From positions 1 through 48,388 of the forward strand of contig JAOPWU010000002.1 of assembly GCA_025965515.1 (NCBI GenBank): a stretch of DNA of 48,388 bases, written 5' to 3'. The number at the start of each line of letters is the position of its first letter. The first letter of the stretch is position 1. The position numbers were made by a program, and so were the translations under genes. This DNA comes from Mycobacterium sp. Lineage in GTDB: Bacteria > Actinomycetota > Actinomycetes > RYN-182. Shown here one piece after another: positions 11,632 to 21,612 of this stretch. The notes under the pieces are model-generated. The model was not told the origin of the DNA and did not search any database. It was given only the letters and a program-made list of their open reading frames with translations.

Positions 11632-12816
11632 GTGGATTTCGCACTGACCGATGAGCAGCGGGCGCTCGCCGACTCCGTCCGCTCGTTCCTGCGTGACCGG
11701 TTCGGCCTGGACCAGGTCCGCGCCAGCTACGAGGACACCGCCGGTACCGGCGACCCCGACGTGCTGCGCAAGGCCGCCGCCGACTCCGGCTGGCTCGCCG
11801 TCCTGGTGCCCGAGGAGCACGACGGCCTCGGCCTCGGCCTCCTCGACGCAGGCGTGCTCGCCCGGGCGTTCGGCGCCGGCGTGGCCCCCGGCTCCTGGAG
11901 CACCACCCTGCTGGCCGGCGAGGCGATCCGCCTCGGCGGCTCGGCCGACCAGCAGGCCACCTGGCTGCCGCGCATCGCCGCGGCGGAGGCGGTCGCCACG
12001 GTCGCCCTGCGCGGGCCGGGCGGCTCCTGGTCCCCCGCCGGCGTCGCAGTGACCGCCGAGGGCGGCCGCCTCACCGGCACGGCCAACCACGTCGAGTACG
12101 CCCACGTGGCCGACGTGCTGGTGGTCGCAGCCACCGAGGCCGACGGTGTGGGCCTCTACCTGGTGGCCCCGGACGCCGCAGGCGTCACGGTCCAGGTGCA
12201 AGACGGCATCGACCGCACCACCCGGCTGTCGACCGTCACGTTCGACGGCGCCACCGGCGAGCGGCTGAGCGACAGCTCGGCGGCGACGCTCGAGGGGCTG
12301 GCGGAGCGGGGTGCCGTGCTCGCCGCCAACGACCTCGCGGGCATCGCCCGTACGGCGCTCACCATGACCATCGAGTACGACAAGACCCGGCAGCAGTTCG
12401 GCCGCCCGGTCGGGTCGTTCCAGGCCATCAAGCACCACCTGGCCGACCTGCACGTCGGCGTCACCATGGCGGAGCACGCGGCGTTGTACGCGGGCCACGC
12501 GGTGGACACCGACGCCGCGGACCGGGCGATGGCCGTGTCCGTAGCGAAGGTGAAGGCCGCCGACGCGGCGCTCGCCACGACCCGCGCGATGATCCAGTAC
12601 TTCGGTGGCATCGGCTTCACGTGGGAGCATGACGCGCACTTCTTCTTCAAGCGGGCGCAGCGCCTGGCCTACGCCTACAACGACAGCGACTGGCACCTGG
12701 ACCGGCTGGCCCAGGTCTGGCTCGACCCGCTGCCCGCCGCCTCGTCGGTCGAGCCGACCGGCCCGACCACGTCCGACGCGACCCCGACCGCGCAGACGGC
12801 CGGCGTCGCCGTCTAG
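11632..12816 (+). CDS. Acyl-CoA dehydrogenase family protein (partner subunit)
   Basis: MDFALTDEQ, RQQFGRPVGSFQAIKH, GGIGFTWEHDAH. Lacks the SEP-AGSD motif. Confidence 0.9.
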   Translation: MDFALTDEQRALADSVRSFLRDRFGLDQVRASYEDTAGTGDPDVLRKAAADSGWLAVLVPEEHDGLGLGLLDAGVLARAFGAGVAPGSWSTTLLAGEAIRLGGSADQQATWLPRIAAAEAVATVALRGPGGSWSPAGVAVTAEGGRLTGTANHVEYAHVADVLVVAATEADGVGLYLVAPDAAGVTVQVQDGIDRTTRLSTVTFDGATGERLSDSSAATLEGLAERGAVLAANDLAGIARTALTMTIEYDKTRQQFGRPVGSFQAIKHHLADLHVGVTMAEHAALYAGHAVDTDAADRAMAVSVAKVKAADAALATTRAMIQYFGGIGFTWEHDAHFFFKRAQRLAYAYNDSDWHLDRLAQVWLDPLPAASSVEPTGPTTSDATPTAQTAGVAV

Positions 12817-12827
12817 CGGCGCCACGC

Positions 12828-12871
12828 ACGGCGAAGGGCCCCGGCGGTTCGCCGCCGGGGCCCTTCGCCGT
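12828..12871. terminator. 20-bp perfect-stem hairpin between convergent ACAD and glgC (probable bidirectional terminator)
   Basis: ACGGCGAAGGGCCCCGGCGG-TTCG-CCGCCGGGGCCCTTCGCCGT. Confidence 0.85.
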
Positions 12872-12883
12872 CTCGGGGTTCGG

Positions 12884-14119
12884 TCAGCCCGTAACGCGCT
12901 TGCCCTTGCCGACGACGACGACCCCGCCGGCGCTGATGGTGAACCGCTCCGCGTCGTGCTCCGGGTCCACGCCGATGTGCACACCCGGCGGCACGATGAC
13001 GTTCTTGTCGAGGATGGCGCCGCGGATCACGGCACCCTCCCCCACCTCCACGTTGTCGAGCAGCACGCTGCCCTCGACGAGCGCGCGGGAGCCGACGCGC
13101 ACGGCGGGCGACAGGATGGAGCGCCGCACCGTCCCGCCCGACACGATGCAGCCGGGGCTCACCATGCTGTCCAGGGCCCGCCCGACCCGGTCGGGGTGCT
13201 CGAAGACGAACTTGGCGGGCGGCAGCGGCCGGGAGTAGGTGAGGATCGGCCACTGCTGGTTGTAGAGGTTGAAGACGGGGTGGACCGAGATGAGGTCCAT
13301 GTGGGCGTCGTAGTAGGCGTCGAGCGTCCCCACGTCGCGCCAGTACCCCTGGTCGCGTTCCGTGGTGCCCGGTACCTCGTTCTTCGAGAAGTCGTAGACC
13401 TGCGCCCTGCCCTGCTCCGCCATCCGCGGCATCACGGAGCCGCCGAGGTCGTGGGCCGAGGTGGGGTCGGCCGCATCGGACGTCACGGCCTCGATGAGCG
13501 CCTCGGTGGAGAACACGTAGTTGCCCATGGACGCGAAGATTTGGTCGGGCGCATCGGGCAGGCCCGGCGGGTCGGTCGGCTTCTCGACGAAGCCCACGAC
13601 GTCCCGGCCGTTGGCGGCCACGTCGATGACGCCGAACTGGTCCGACTGCGACTTGGGTACGCGGAGGCCGGCCACCGTGACGCCCGCGCCGCTGGCGATG
13701 TGCTGCTCGACCATCTGCCGCGGGTCCATGCGGTACACGTGGTCCGCACCGAACACCACCACGTGGTCCGGGCGGTCGTCCGACACGAGGTTGAGCGACT
13801 GGTAGATCGCGTCGGCGCTCCCGGCGTACCAGCGGGGCCCCCGGCGCTGCTGGGCCGGCACGGTCATCACATAGGAGTCGAGCAGCGTCGACATCCGCCA
13901 CGTCATGGCCATGTGCCGGTCGAGGCTGTGGCTCTTGTACTGCGTGAGAACGACGATGCGCGTGTAGCCCGCGTTCGCCAGGTTCGACATCACGAAGTCC
14001 ACGAGCCGGAAGATGCCCCCGAAGGGAACTGCGGGTTTGGCCCGGTCGGTGGTGAGGGGCATGAGGCGCTTGCCCTCGCCTCCCGCCAGGACGATGGCCA
14101 GGACGCGCGGCGATCTCAC
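12884..14119 (-). CDS. glgC: Glucose-1-phosphate adenylyltransferase
   Basis: [48 protein letters not shown]-terminal beta-helix. Confidence 0.97.
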   Translation of the reverse strand: MRSPRVLAIVLAGGEGKRLMPLTTDRAKPAVPFGGIFRLVDFVMSNLANAGYTRIVVLTQYKSHSLDRHMAMTWRMSTLLDSYVMTVPAQQRRGPRWYAGSADAIYQSLNLVSDDRPDHVVVFGADHVYRMDPRQMVEQHIASGAGVTVAGLRVPKSQSDQFGVIDVAANGRDVVGFVEKPTDPPGLPDAPDQIFASMGNYVFSTEALIEAVTSDAADPTSAHDLGGSVMPRMAEQGRAQVYDFSKNEVPGTTERDQGYWRDVGTLDAYYDAHMDLISVHPVFNLYNQQWPILTYSRPLPPAKFVFEHPDRVGRALDSMVSPGCIVSGGTVRRSILSPAVRVGSRALVEGSVLLDNVEVGEGAVIRGAILDKNVIVPPGVHIGVDPEHDAERFTISAGGVVVVGKGKRVTG

Positions 14120-14219
14120 AGGCTCACCCTAGCCCGCACGGGTGCGATTCATGCCTGCCCCACGCGGTCAGCCCGGCGGACCGGCGTGGCCACCGCCCCA
14201 GCGGGATAGGTTCCCCGCC

Positions 14220-15422
14220 GTGGTCGACTCCCCTGCCCCCGAGATCGCCGGCGACCCGATCCGGGTCGCGATGCTCACGCGCGAGTGGCCCCCCACGGTC
14301 TACGGCGGCGCGGGCGTCCACGTCCGCGAGCTGACCGCCGCGCTCGAGCGGCTCCCCGGCGGCGCGGTCGTCCCGCAGGTGCACTGCTTCGACGACGGGC
14401 ACCCCGAGCGACCCGACGCCACCACCCACGCGCCCGACCCCCGGCTCTCCGGCGCGCTCGGCGTGCTCTCGACGGATCTCGTCATGGCAGCGGCCGCGAC
14501 CGACGCGGACGTCGTGCACAGCCACACCTGGTATGCCCAGCTGGCCGGCCACCTCGCCGCGCTGACCGGCGGGGTGCCGCACGTGGTCACGACGCACTCG
14601 CTCGAGCCGCTGCGCCCGTGGAAGGCCGAGCAGCTCGGCGCCGGGTACGCAGTGAGTTCCTGGGCCGAGCGCACCGCCATCGAGGGCGCCGACGCGGTCA
14701 TCGCCGTCTCGCACGGCATGCGCGCCGATGTCCTGGCCAGCTACCCGGCGGTGGATCCGGAGCGGGTGCACGTCATCTACAACGGCGTCGACACCCAGAC
14801 CTGGGCGCCGGATCCGGACCCCTCGGTCCTCACGCGCTTCGGGATCGACCGCGACCGGCCCTACGTGCTGTTCGTCGGGCGGGTCACCCGGCAGAAGGGG
14901 GTCCCCCACCTGCTGCGGGCGGCCCGGCTCCTGCGGCCCGAGGTGCAGCTGGTGCTGGCGGCCGGGGCGGCCGACACCCCCGAGCTGCAGGCCGAGGTAC
15001 AGGGGCTGGTGGCCGAGCTGTCCGCGACCCGCCAGGGCGTGGTGTGGATCCCGGACATGCTGCCGCGGGATCAGCTGGTGCCGCTGCTCACCCAGGCCGC
15101 CGTCTTCGTCTGCCCGTCGATCTACGAGCCGCTCGGCATCGTGAACCTGGAGGCCATGGCCTGCGGCACCGCCGTGGTCGCCTCGGCGGTCGGAGGCATC
15201 CCCGAGGTGGTCGAGGACGGCCGGACCGGGCGCCTCGTGCCGCTCGACCCGACCGACCCGGCGGCGTTCGAACGGGACCTCGCCGCCGCCATCGACGCCG
15301 TGGTGTCGGACCCCGGCCTGTGCGCGGCCTACGGCGCGGCAGGCCGTGCGCGGGTGATCGAGGCCTTCGCGTGGGAGAGGATCGCCGCACAGACGGCCGA
15401 GCTCTACCGGAGCCTGCTGTGA
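14220..15422 (+). CDS. glgA: GT4 glycosyltransferase GlgA/GlgM (maltose-1-phosphate synthase type)
   Basis: TREWPP.VYGGAGVHV, HSHTWY, HSLEPLRPWKAEQLG, GRVTRQKG, YEPLGIVNLEAM. Divergent from glgC as in mycobacteria. Confidence 0.93.
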   Translation: MVDSPAPEIAGDPIRVAMLTREWPPTVYGGAGVHVRELTAALERLPGGAVVPQVHCFDDGHPERPDATTHAPDPRLSGALGVLSTDLVMAAAATDADVVHSHTWYAQLAGHLAALTGGVPHVVTTHSLEPLRPWKAEQLGAGYAVSSWAERTAIEGADAVIAVSHGMRADVLASYPAVDPERVHVIYNGVDTQTWAPDPDPSVLTRFGIDRDRPYVLFVGRVTRQKGVPHLLRAARLLRPEVQLVLAAGAADTPELQAEVQGLVAELSATRQGVVWIPDMLPRDQLVPLLTQAAVFVCPSIYEPLGIVNLEAMACGTAVVASAVGGIPEVVEDGRTGRLVPLDPTDPAAFERDLAAAIDAVVSDPGLCAAYGAAGRARVIEAFAWERIAAQTAELYRSLL

Positions 15423-15486
15423 GGGACGCCCCGGGCCACCCGGGCGCACGGATGAGCACGGCTCCCAGCGGGGCAGGAGGCAGGGC

Positions 15487-16332
15487 ATGACCGAGCCAGG
15501 TGCGGCGCTACCGCCGCCGTCCGACGGACTGCGCTTCGGCGTGGACATCGGCGGCACCGGCATCAAGGGCGCCCCCGTCGACCTCGCCGCCGGCCGGCTG
15601 GCGGGCGAACGGTTCAAGCTGCCCACACCCCGCCCCGCCACCCCGGAGGCGGTTGCCGCTGTCGTGGGCGAGGTGGTCGCGCACTTCGGCTGGACCGGCC
15701 CGGTCGGGTGCGCGTTCCCCGCCGTCATCAAGAACGGCATCGCGCGGACAGCCGCCAACGTCGACCACAGCTGGATCGGTGCGTCCGTCGAGCAGGCCGT
15801 CGCCGACCGCCTCGGCACCCCCGAGAGCACGGTGACGGTCGTCAACGACGCCGACGCCGCCGGGGTCGCCGAGCTGGCGTTCGGAGCCGGCCGTGACCGC
15901 GACGGGGTGGTCGTCCTGCTCACGCTCGGCACGGGCATCGGCTCGGCGGTCTTCCTGGACGGCGTGCTGGTGCCCAACACCGAGCTCGGGCACCTGGAGC
16001 TCGACGGGGTCGACGCGGAGACCCGCGCGTCGGCCGTCGCGCGGGAGCGCGAGGACCTGTCCTGGCAGCACTGGGCGAAGCGGCTGTCGCACTACCTGCA
16101 GATGGTCGAGAACCTGCTGTGGCCGGACCTCATCATCCTGGGCGGCGGGGTGAGCCGGAAACCGGAGAAGTTCGTGCCGCTGCTCGAATGCCGGACCGAG
16201 GTGGTGCCGGCGCAGCTGGCGAACGACGCGGGCATCGTCGGCGCGGCACTCATCGCCCGGGACGCCGTCACTGCGCCGGCGCGGCTCGGCGCCGCCCGGC
16301 CCGAGCAACGGAACACCCTCGGCCGCCCCTGA
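15487..16332 (+). CDS. ppgK: Polyphosphate glucokinase (ROK family)
   Basis: [37 protein letters not shown]. Confidence 0.93.
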   Translation: MTEPGAALPPPSDGLRFGVDIGGTGIKGAPVDLAAGRLAGERFKLPTPRPATPEAVAAVVGEVVAHFGWTGPVGCAFPAVIKNGIARTAANVDHSWIGASVEQAVADRLGTPESTVTVVNDADAAGVAELAFGAGRDRDGVVVLLTLGTGIGSAVFLDGVLVPNTELGHLELDGVDAETRASAVAREREDLSWQHWAKRLSHYLQMVENLLWPDLIILGGGVSRKPEKFVPLLECRTEVVPAQLANDAGIVGAALIARDAVTAPARLGAARPEQRNTLGRP

Positions 16333-16414
16333 GGCGCCCGGGCGCCCGCCGCAGCTGCCGCCCCGGCAGGCGTGGTGGCGCACCCGCCCGGCCCGGCCGC
16401 CGTACCGTCGACGC

Positions 16415-17413
16415 ATGCCCGAGATCCCGGTCGCTGGAACGGCGGTCCCGGCCGCACCCGTGGCGGGGACCGTGCCGGTGCCTGTCGCCCCGCCCGAGCG
16501 GACGGGTGCGCCCGCAGCGGGGACGCGGCAGCCGCTCGCCGGCCGGCTGGCGGGCGCCGTGATCGGCGTGGTCGTCGTCGGGCGCCGGTCGCTGGCGGCG
16601 GCCTGGCGCGGGCGGCTGCTCGGGCTCTCCGCCGAGGCGGGCTTCTGGCAGCTGCTGTCCCTGGCTCCGCTCCTGCTGGCCCTGCTCGGCCTGCTCGGGT
16701 ACGTCCAGGGCATCCTCGGCGCGGACGCGGTCGCGGAGGTGCAGCGGGTGATCCTCGACGGGGCGCGCCGCGTGCTGGTGCCGTCCGCCGTCGACGACGT
16801 GGTCGAGCCCACCGTGACCGCCGTGCTGCACACGGGGCGGGCGGACTTCGTCTCCCTGGGCTTCCTGCTGAGCCTCTGGTCCGGTTCGAGCGCCATGGCG
16901 ACGTTCGTCAACACGATCACCATCGCCTACGGCCAGCGTGAGCTGCGTGGGGCGGTGCAGAGCCGGCTGCTGGCGCTGCTGCTGTACGTCTGCGCGCTGG
17001 TCGCGGGCGTGGTGCTCCTACCGCTGCTGGCCGTGGGGCCGAGCTGGCTCGCGACCCTCGGCCGGGGGACGCCGGCGCACCGGACGATCGTGTCGCTGGT
17101 GCACCTCGGCTACTGGCCGGTGGTGGCGCTGCTGAGCGTCGGGCTGCTCTCGCTGCTGTACCACGTCGCGCTGCCGCAGCGGCGGCCGTGGCGCGCGGCC
17201 CTGCCGGGCGCGGTGCTGGCGCTGGTCATCTGGCTGGTGGGTTCGTTCGTGCTGCGCACGTACCTGACGGCCGTCTTCGCCCGCACCCACGCGTTCGTCG
17301 GCCTGGCCGCCCCCGTCGCCGTGCTGCTGTTCTTCTACATCACGGCCTTGGCCGTGTTGTTCGGCGCGTTCCTCAACGCGGAGGCGGAGCGGTACCGGGA
17401 CGAGCGGCGCTGA
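16415..17413 (+). CDS. YihY/virulence factor BrkB family membrane protein
   Basis: AEAGFW.LLSL.P, LWSGSS, LPGA, LGA..NAE motifs; about 6 hydrophobic segments. Confidence 0.88.
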   Translation: MPEIPVAGTAVPAAPVAGTVPVPVAPPERTGAPAAGTRQPLAGRLAGAVIGVVVVGRRSLAAAWRGRLLGLSAEAGFWQLLSLAPLLLALLGLLGYVQGILGADAVAEVQRVILDGARRVLVPSAVDDVVEPTVTAVLHTGRADFVSLGFLLSLWSGSSAMATFVNTITIAYGQRELRGAVQSRLLALLLYVCALVAGVVLLPLLAVGPSWLATLGRGTPAHRTIVSLVHLGYWPVVALLSVGLLSLLYHVALPQRRPWRAALPGAVLALVIWLVGSFVLRTYLTAVFARTHAFVGLAAPVAVLLFFYITALAVLFGAFLNAEAERYRDERR

Positions 17414-17422
17414 CCGGTCCGG

Positions 17423-18553
17423 TCAGGCGAACTCCGCCCGGATCGCTGCGCCGTGCTCGTCGAGGGCGGGAGCGGCGGGCCGCTCGACCGGGTCCGGCCA
17501 GGTGTCCGCCTTCACCGCCTGACCGGGCACCGGCAGCCCGCCCGCGGTGACCACCATGCGGCGCGCCGCTGCCTGGGGCGAGCTGACCGCCTCCGCCACG
17601 TCCGCGATCGGCCCGCAGGGGACGCCGGCCGCGCCGAGCTGGCGCAGCCAGTGGTCGCGGGTTCCCGCAGCCAGCGCGGCCTCCAGCTGCGCCTTGAGCG
17701 CGTCCCGGTGGTCGTGGCGGCCGGCGTTGTCGGCGTAACGCCGGTCGGCCAGCAGCTCGGGCAGGCGCAGCGCCGCGGCCAACGCGCCGAAGAGGGTGTC
17801 GTTGGCGGCGCAGATGGTGATGTCGCCGTCCGCGCAGGCGAACGTGTCGAACGGGGCGATCGAAAAGTGCGCATTCCCGATCCGCTCCGGGGCCCGCCCG
17901 GTGGCGAGGTAGGACAGCGCCGCGCCCTCCAGCAGGCTCACCGTCGCGTCGAACATCGCGATGTCCACCCGCGCGCCGCGCCCCGTGGCCGCCCGGGCGT
18001 GCAGCGCCGCGCCGATGGCCCCGAACGCGTACAGGCCGGCCGCGAGGTCGGCGACGGGGATCCCCGGCTTCACCGGCGGCCCGTCCGCCGCGCCGGTGAT
18101 GCTCAGCAGGCCGCTGTGCCCCTGCACCACCGCGTCGTAGGCGGGCGTCTCCCGCAGCGGTCCCGTCTGCCCGAAACCGCTGATGCTGGCGACGATCAGC
18201 CCGGGGTTGTCGCGCTGCAGCGTCTCGGCGCCCAGCCCCAGCCGGTCCATCACGCCGGGGCGGAAGTTCTCCAGGACGACGTCCGCGCGCCGGGCGATCC
18301 GCCGCGCGAGGTCACGCCCCGCTGGGTCCTTGAGGTCCACCGCGACGCTCTCCTTGCCGCGGTTCACCCGCGCGAAGTAGAGCGAGCGGCCGTCGACGAA
18401 GGGCCCGTACGAGCGGCTGTCGTCGCCCGTGACCGGCCGCTCGACCTTGATGACCCGGGCGCCGAGGTCCGCCAGCATCATCCCGGCGAACGGCCCGGCC
18501 AGCACACGGGAGAAGTCGACGACGAGCAGGCCGGCGTAGGGCGGAGCGGTCAC
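17423..18553 (-). CDS. Class III CoA-transferase (CaiB/BaiF)
   Basis: LAGPF...LADLGARVIKVE, NRGKES, ENFRPG, SISGFG, AYD, catalytic Asp in PVADL. Confidence 0.93.
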   Translation of the reverse strand: MTAPPYAGLLVVDFSRVLAGPFAGMMLADLGARVIKVERPVTGDDSRSYGPFVDGRSLYFARVNRGKESVAVDLKDPAGRDLARRIARRADVVLENFRPGVMDRLGLGAETLQRDNPGLIVASISGFGQTGPLRETPAYDAVVQGHSGLLSITGAADGPPVKPGIPVADLAAGLYAFGAIGAALHARAATGRGARVDIAMFDATVSLLEGAALSYLATGRAPERIGNAHFSIAPFDTFACADGDITICAANDTLFGALAAALRLPELLADRRYADNAGRHDHRDALKAQLEAALAAGTRDHWLRQLGAAGVPCGPIADVAEAVSSPQAAARRMVVTAGGLPVPGQAVKADTWPDPVERPAAPALDEHGAAIRAEFA

Positions 18554-18627
18554 CGGCGCAGCCTAGGGCCTCGGCGCGTCCGACACCCCTGGTCGCGCGC
18601 GCCGCCCGGCTGCGGGAGGCTTGCCGC

Positions 18628-19218
18628 GTGACGACGCTGCGGCTGTCCCAGGATCCCGAGTCCGACGCCCTGCTGGCCCGCGACCCCCTCGCCCTGCTCA
18701 TCGGCATGCTGCTGGACCAGCAGATCCCGATGGAGAAGGCCTTCCGAGGCCCGCAGGTGCTGCGGGAGCGGCTGGGCGGTGAGCTCGACGCCGCCGTCAT
18801 CGCCGGCCACCCCGGGCTGGCCGCCGTGTTCGCCGTACCGCCCGCGATCCACCGCTTCCCCGGCTCGATGGCGGGGCGCGTGCAGGAGCTGTGCCGCCAC
18901 CTGGTCGAGCACTACGGCGGGGACGCGGCCGCGCTGTGGGCGGGGGACGTCGACGGGCCGACCGTGCTCGCGCGGCTGAAGGCGCTCCCCGGGTACGGGG
19001 ACCAGAAGGCGCGCATCTTCCTGGCGCTCCTCGGCAAGCAGTACGGGGTGCAGCCGCCGGGCTGGCGCCAGGCCGCGGGGCCGTACGGCGACGCGGACGC
19101 CCGCCGCAGCATCGCCGACGTGACGGGCCCGGAGACGCTCGCCGAGGTGCGGGCGTACAAGCAGTCGGTGAAGGCCGCCGCGAAGGCATCCAAGAGTCAC
19201 GCGGGCGCCCCGGGATAA
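18628..19218 (+). CDS. HhH-GPD-type base excision repair family protein
   Basis: LLIGMLLDQQIPME.AF, P.IHRFPGSMA, LPGYGDQKARIFLALLGKQ. Confidence 0.85.
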   Translation: MTTLRLSQDPESDALLARDPLALLIGMLLDQQIPMEKAFRGPQVLRERLGGELDAAVIAGHPGLAAVFAVPPAIHRFPGSMAGRVQELCRHLVEHYGGDAAALWAGDVDGPTVLARLKALPGYGDQKARIFLALLGKQYGVQPPGWRQAAGPYGDADARRSIADVTGPETLAEVRAYKQSVKAAAKASKSHAGAPG

Positions 19219-19315
19219 CGTCCCGGTATTTCCGTTGGTCGGGCCGGCCCGCCGTCGGCAGACTGCGGACCGTCCGGCGGCCAGCCGGCGACCGGAGCCG
19301 GCCGAAGGAGGCTGT

Positions 19316-20572
19316 GTGCACAGCCTGCGCGTGTACGCAGCGCTGTTCCGCCTCCCCGGCGCCCGGCGCGCGGCGCTGCCCGCGCTGCTGGCGCGCACCA
19401 CGTACGCGATGGCGGGGCTGTCGATCCTGCTGCTGGTCCACGCCCGCACCGGGTCGTTCGCCCGCGGCGGGCTCGCCACCGCCGCGTACTCGCTGGCGAG
19501 CGCGGCCGCCGGCCCGTGGTGGGGACGCCGCATCGACCGGATCGGTCCCGCCCGCGCCCTGCTCCCCCTCGGCGTTGCGTTCCCCGCAGCGCTCGGCCTG
19601 CTGCTGGCGGTCGCCGGGCGCTCGCCGTGGACGCTCCCCTGCGCAGCGCTGGCCGGCGCCCTGCTGCCGCAGATCGGCGCCGCCATGCGCGCCTCCTGGA
19701 GCAGCTTCACCACCGACGAAGGGCTGTTGGCCGCCGCGTACGGCATGGAGAGCGTCCTCGTGGAGGTCGTGTACACGGTCGGGCCGCTCCTCGTGGGTGG
19801 ACTGGTGGCCTTCGCCTCCCCGGTCGCCGCCGTCGCAGTGGCCGCGGCCACGGCGGGGATCGGCACGCTCGGCTTCTGCACCGCCCCCGGGCTGCCCGGC
19901 GGTGGCGGGCGCGGGGCGCGGCACCGGCGGTCGCACCCCCTGCGGGTCCCCGCCGTCGGCGCCGTGGCCGCGGCCGCGGTGCTGCAGAGCTGCTCGTTCG
20001 GGGCGCTCGAGGTCGCGGTGCCGGGGTTCGCCAGCGAGCGCGGCTCCAGCGCCCTCGGCGGCGTGCTCCTGGCGGCCTGGGCCATCGGCAGCATGCTGGG
20101 CGGCACCGTCTACGGGGCCCGCGTCTGGCCCGCCGGCTCCCGGTGGGCCGACCCCGCCCGCCGCTACCTGGTGCTCCTGGCGCTCGCAGCGGTCACCGCC
20201 CTGCCGGTGGTCGGGGCACCGGGGACCGTGGCGCTCGGGATCGCGCTGCTGGTGTCCGGCCTGACGATCGCCCCGACCGGCACGGAGCAGTTCGGCCTGG
20301 TGGCCCGCGCGACACCGCCGGGCACCACGACCGAGGCGTTCACGTGGCTCAGCACCACGGTGACGCTGGGCGCCGCCGCCGGGAACGCCGCGGCCGGTGC
20401 CGTGCAGGACGCCTACGGCAGCCGCGCCGGCCTGGGCGTCGGAGCGGCCGCGGGCGTGGCGTCGCTGGTGGTCGCGCTGGCGCTGCGGGGGCGGCTTCCC
20501 CACGGGGGCCGGGCGACCCGGGAGCTCGTCGGAGTGGGCGCCCCCGCCGTGCCCCGCGCGCCCGTCCTCTAG
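19316..20572 (+). CDS. MFS transporter
   Basis: About 12 hydrophobic segments, GRRIDRIG motif A, GGAGG RBS before GTG 19316. Confidence 0.87.
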   Translation: MHSLRVYAALFRLPGARRAALPALLARTTYAMAGLSILLLVHARTGSFARGGLATAAYSLASAAAGPWWGRRIDRIGPARALLPLGVAFPAALGLLLAVAGRSPWTLPCAALAGALLPQIGAAMRASWSSFTTDEGLLAAAYGMESVLVEVVYTVGPLLVGGLVAFASPVAAVAVAAATAGIGTLGFCTAPGLPGGGGRGARHRRSHPLRVPAVGAVAAAAVLQSCSFGALEVAVPGFASERGSSALGGVLLAAWAIGSMLGGTVYGARVWPAGSRWADPARRYLVLLALAAVTALPVVGAPGTVALGIALLVSGLTIAPTGTEQFGLVARATPPGTTTEAFTWLSTTVTLGAAAGNAAAGAVQDAYGSRAGLGVGAAAGVASLVVALALRGRLPHGGRATRELVGVGAPAVPRAPVL

Positions 20573-20583
20573 CCTTCCGCCTC

Positions 20584-21249
20584 GTGACTCCGCTGCGCAC
20601 CACCGTCGAGACGGCCCGCTGGTGGGCCGCCTACGCCCGCCAGTACGGGCAGGCCCGCTACAAGCTCCGGGGCGTCCAGCGGGTGGGGGCGCACCCCACC
20701 GTCGGTGGTTCGCCGACGTTCGAGACCACCGACTGCGAGATCGGCGACCGGTTCAAGATCTGGTCGAGCTACCGCCAGACGCTGATCAGCGGCTGGGGCC
20801 GGATCCGGATCGGCAACGACGTGTTCATCAATTCCGGGACGGTGCTGTTCAGCGTCGCCTCGGTGACCATCGAGGACGCGGTGGCCATCTCGAACGAGGT
20901 GTACATCTGCGACACCGACAGCCACGGCCTGGAGGGGCGCGACCCGACCGACAAGCCGGTGGTGATCGGCCGCGGCGCGTGGATCGGCGCCCGGGCGATG
21001 ATCCTGCCGGGCGTCCGCATCGGCTCCCGCGCCGTGGTGGCGGCCGGCACGGTCGTCACGCGCGACGTCCCCGACGACACCCTCGTAGCCGGGAACCCGG
21101 GCCGCATCGTGCGCTCCCTGACCTACCCGGAGAACTGCCTGCGCGCCTGGCACGACGCCTGGTGCCGGTGCCCCAAGCCGGCGGCGGGGACATGCCCGCC
21201 GGGCGCGACCGTCCCCGGCGCCTGCCTCGCGGGGCAGTCACCGGCCTGA
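20584..21249 (+). CDS. Hexapeptide-repeat (LbH) O-acyltransferase with Cys-rich C-terminal tail
   Basis: IRIGNDVFIN, D.DSH, VVIGRGAWIGARAMILPGVRIG, VAGNPG. Confidence 0.87.
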   Translation: MTPLRTTVETARWWAAYARQYGQARYKLRGVQRVGAHPTVGGSPTFETTDCEIGDRFKIWSSYRQTLISGWGRIRIGNDVFINSGTVLFSVASVTIEDAVAISNEVYICDTDSHGLEGRDPTDKPVVIGRGAWIGARAMILPGVRIGSRAVVAAGTVVTRDVPDDTLVAGNPGRIVRSLTYPENCLRAWHDAWCRCPKPAAGTCPPGATVPGACLAGQSPA

Positions 21250-21328
21250 CCGGAACGCACGTCCCGCACCACGGACGACGGGGCCGGCAGCTCGCGCTAC
21301 CGGCCCCGTCGCACGGAGAAGTCCGAAC

Positions 21329-21508
21329 TCAGGCGGTCCCGCCCTTGGCGGCCTCGTCCGGGGAGTCCACCCCGCCGGCCTCCTGCTCGAAGGCCGGCTC
21401 GGCCTCGAGGTCGTTGGAGGTCTGCTCCTCGACCTCGGCGACCATCTCCTGGTCGTCGACGCCGGCTCCGGCCGGTGCCGTGGTGCCGCGGGTCTCGCTC
21501 TCGCTCAC
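21329..21508 (-). CDS. Small acidic hypothetical protein (59 aa)
   Basis: GAAGGGA RBS, GTG start, GC3-rich codons, very acidic and hydrophilic. Confidence 0.6.
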   Translation of the reverse strand: MSESETRGTTAPAGAGVDDQEMVAEVEEQTSNDLEAEPAFEQEAGGVDSPDEAAKGGTA

Positions 21509-21612
21509 ATGCGTCCCTTCCGATCGGTGGGCGGGCCCGTCGGGCCGCCCTCGCGCGCTGGAGCCCCTACCCGGTCGCCCGGGCGGCACACCGGGGAACC
21601 CCGCGCCGCCGG

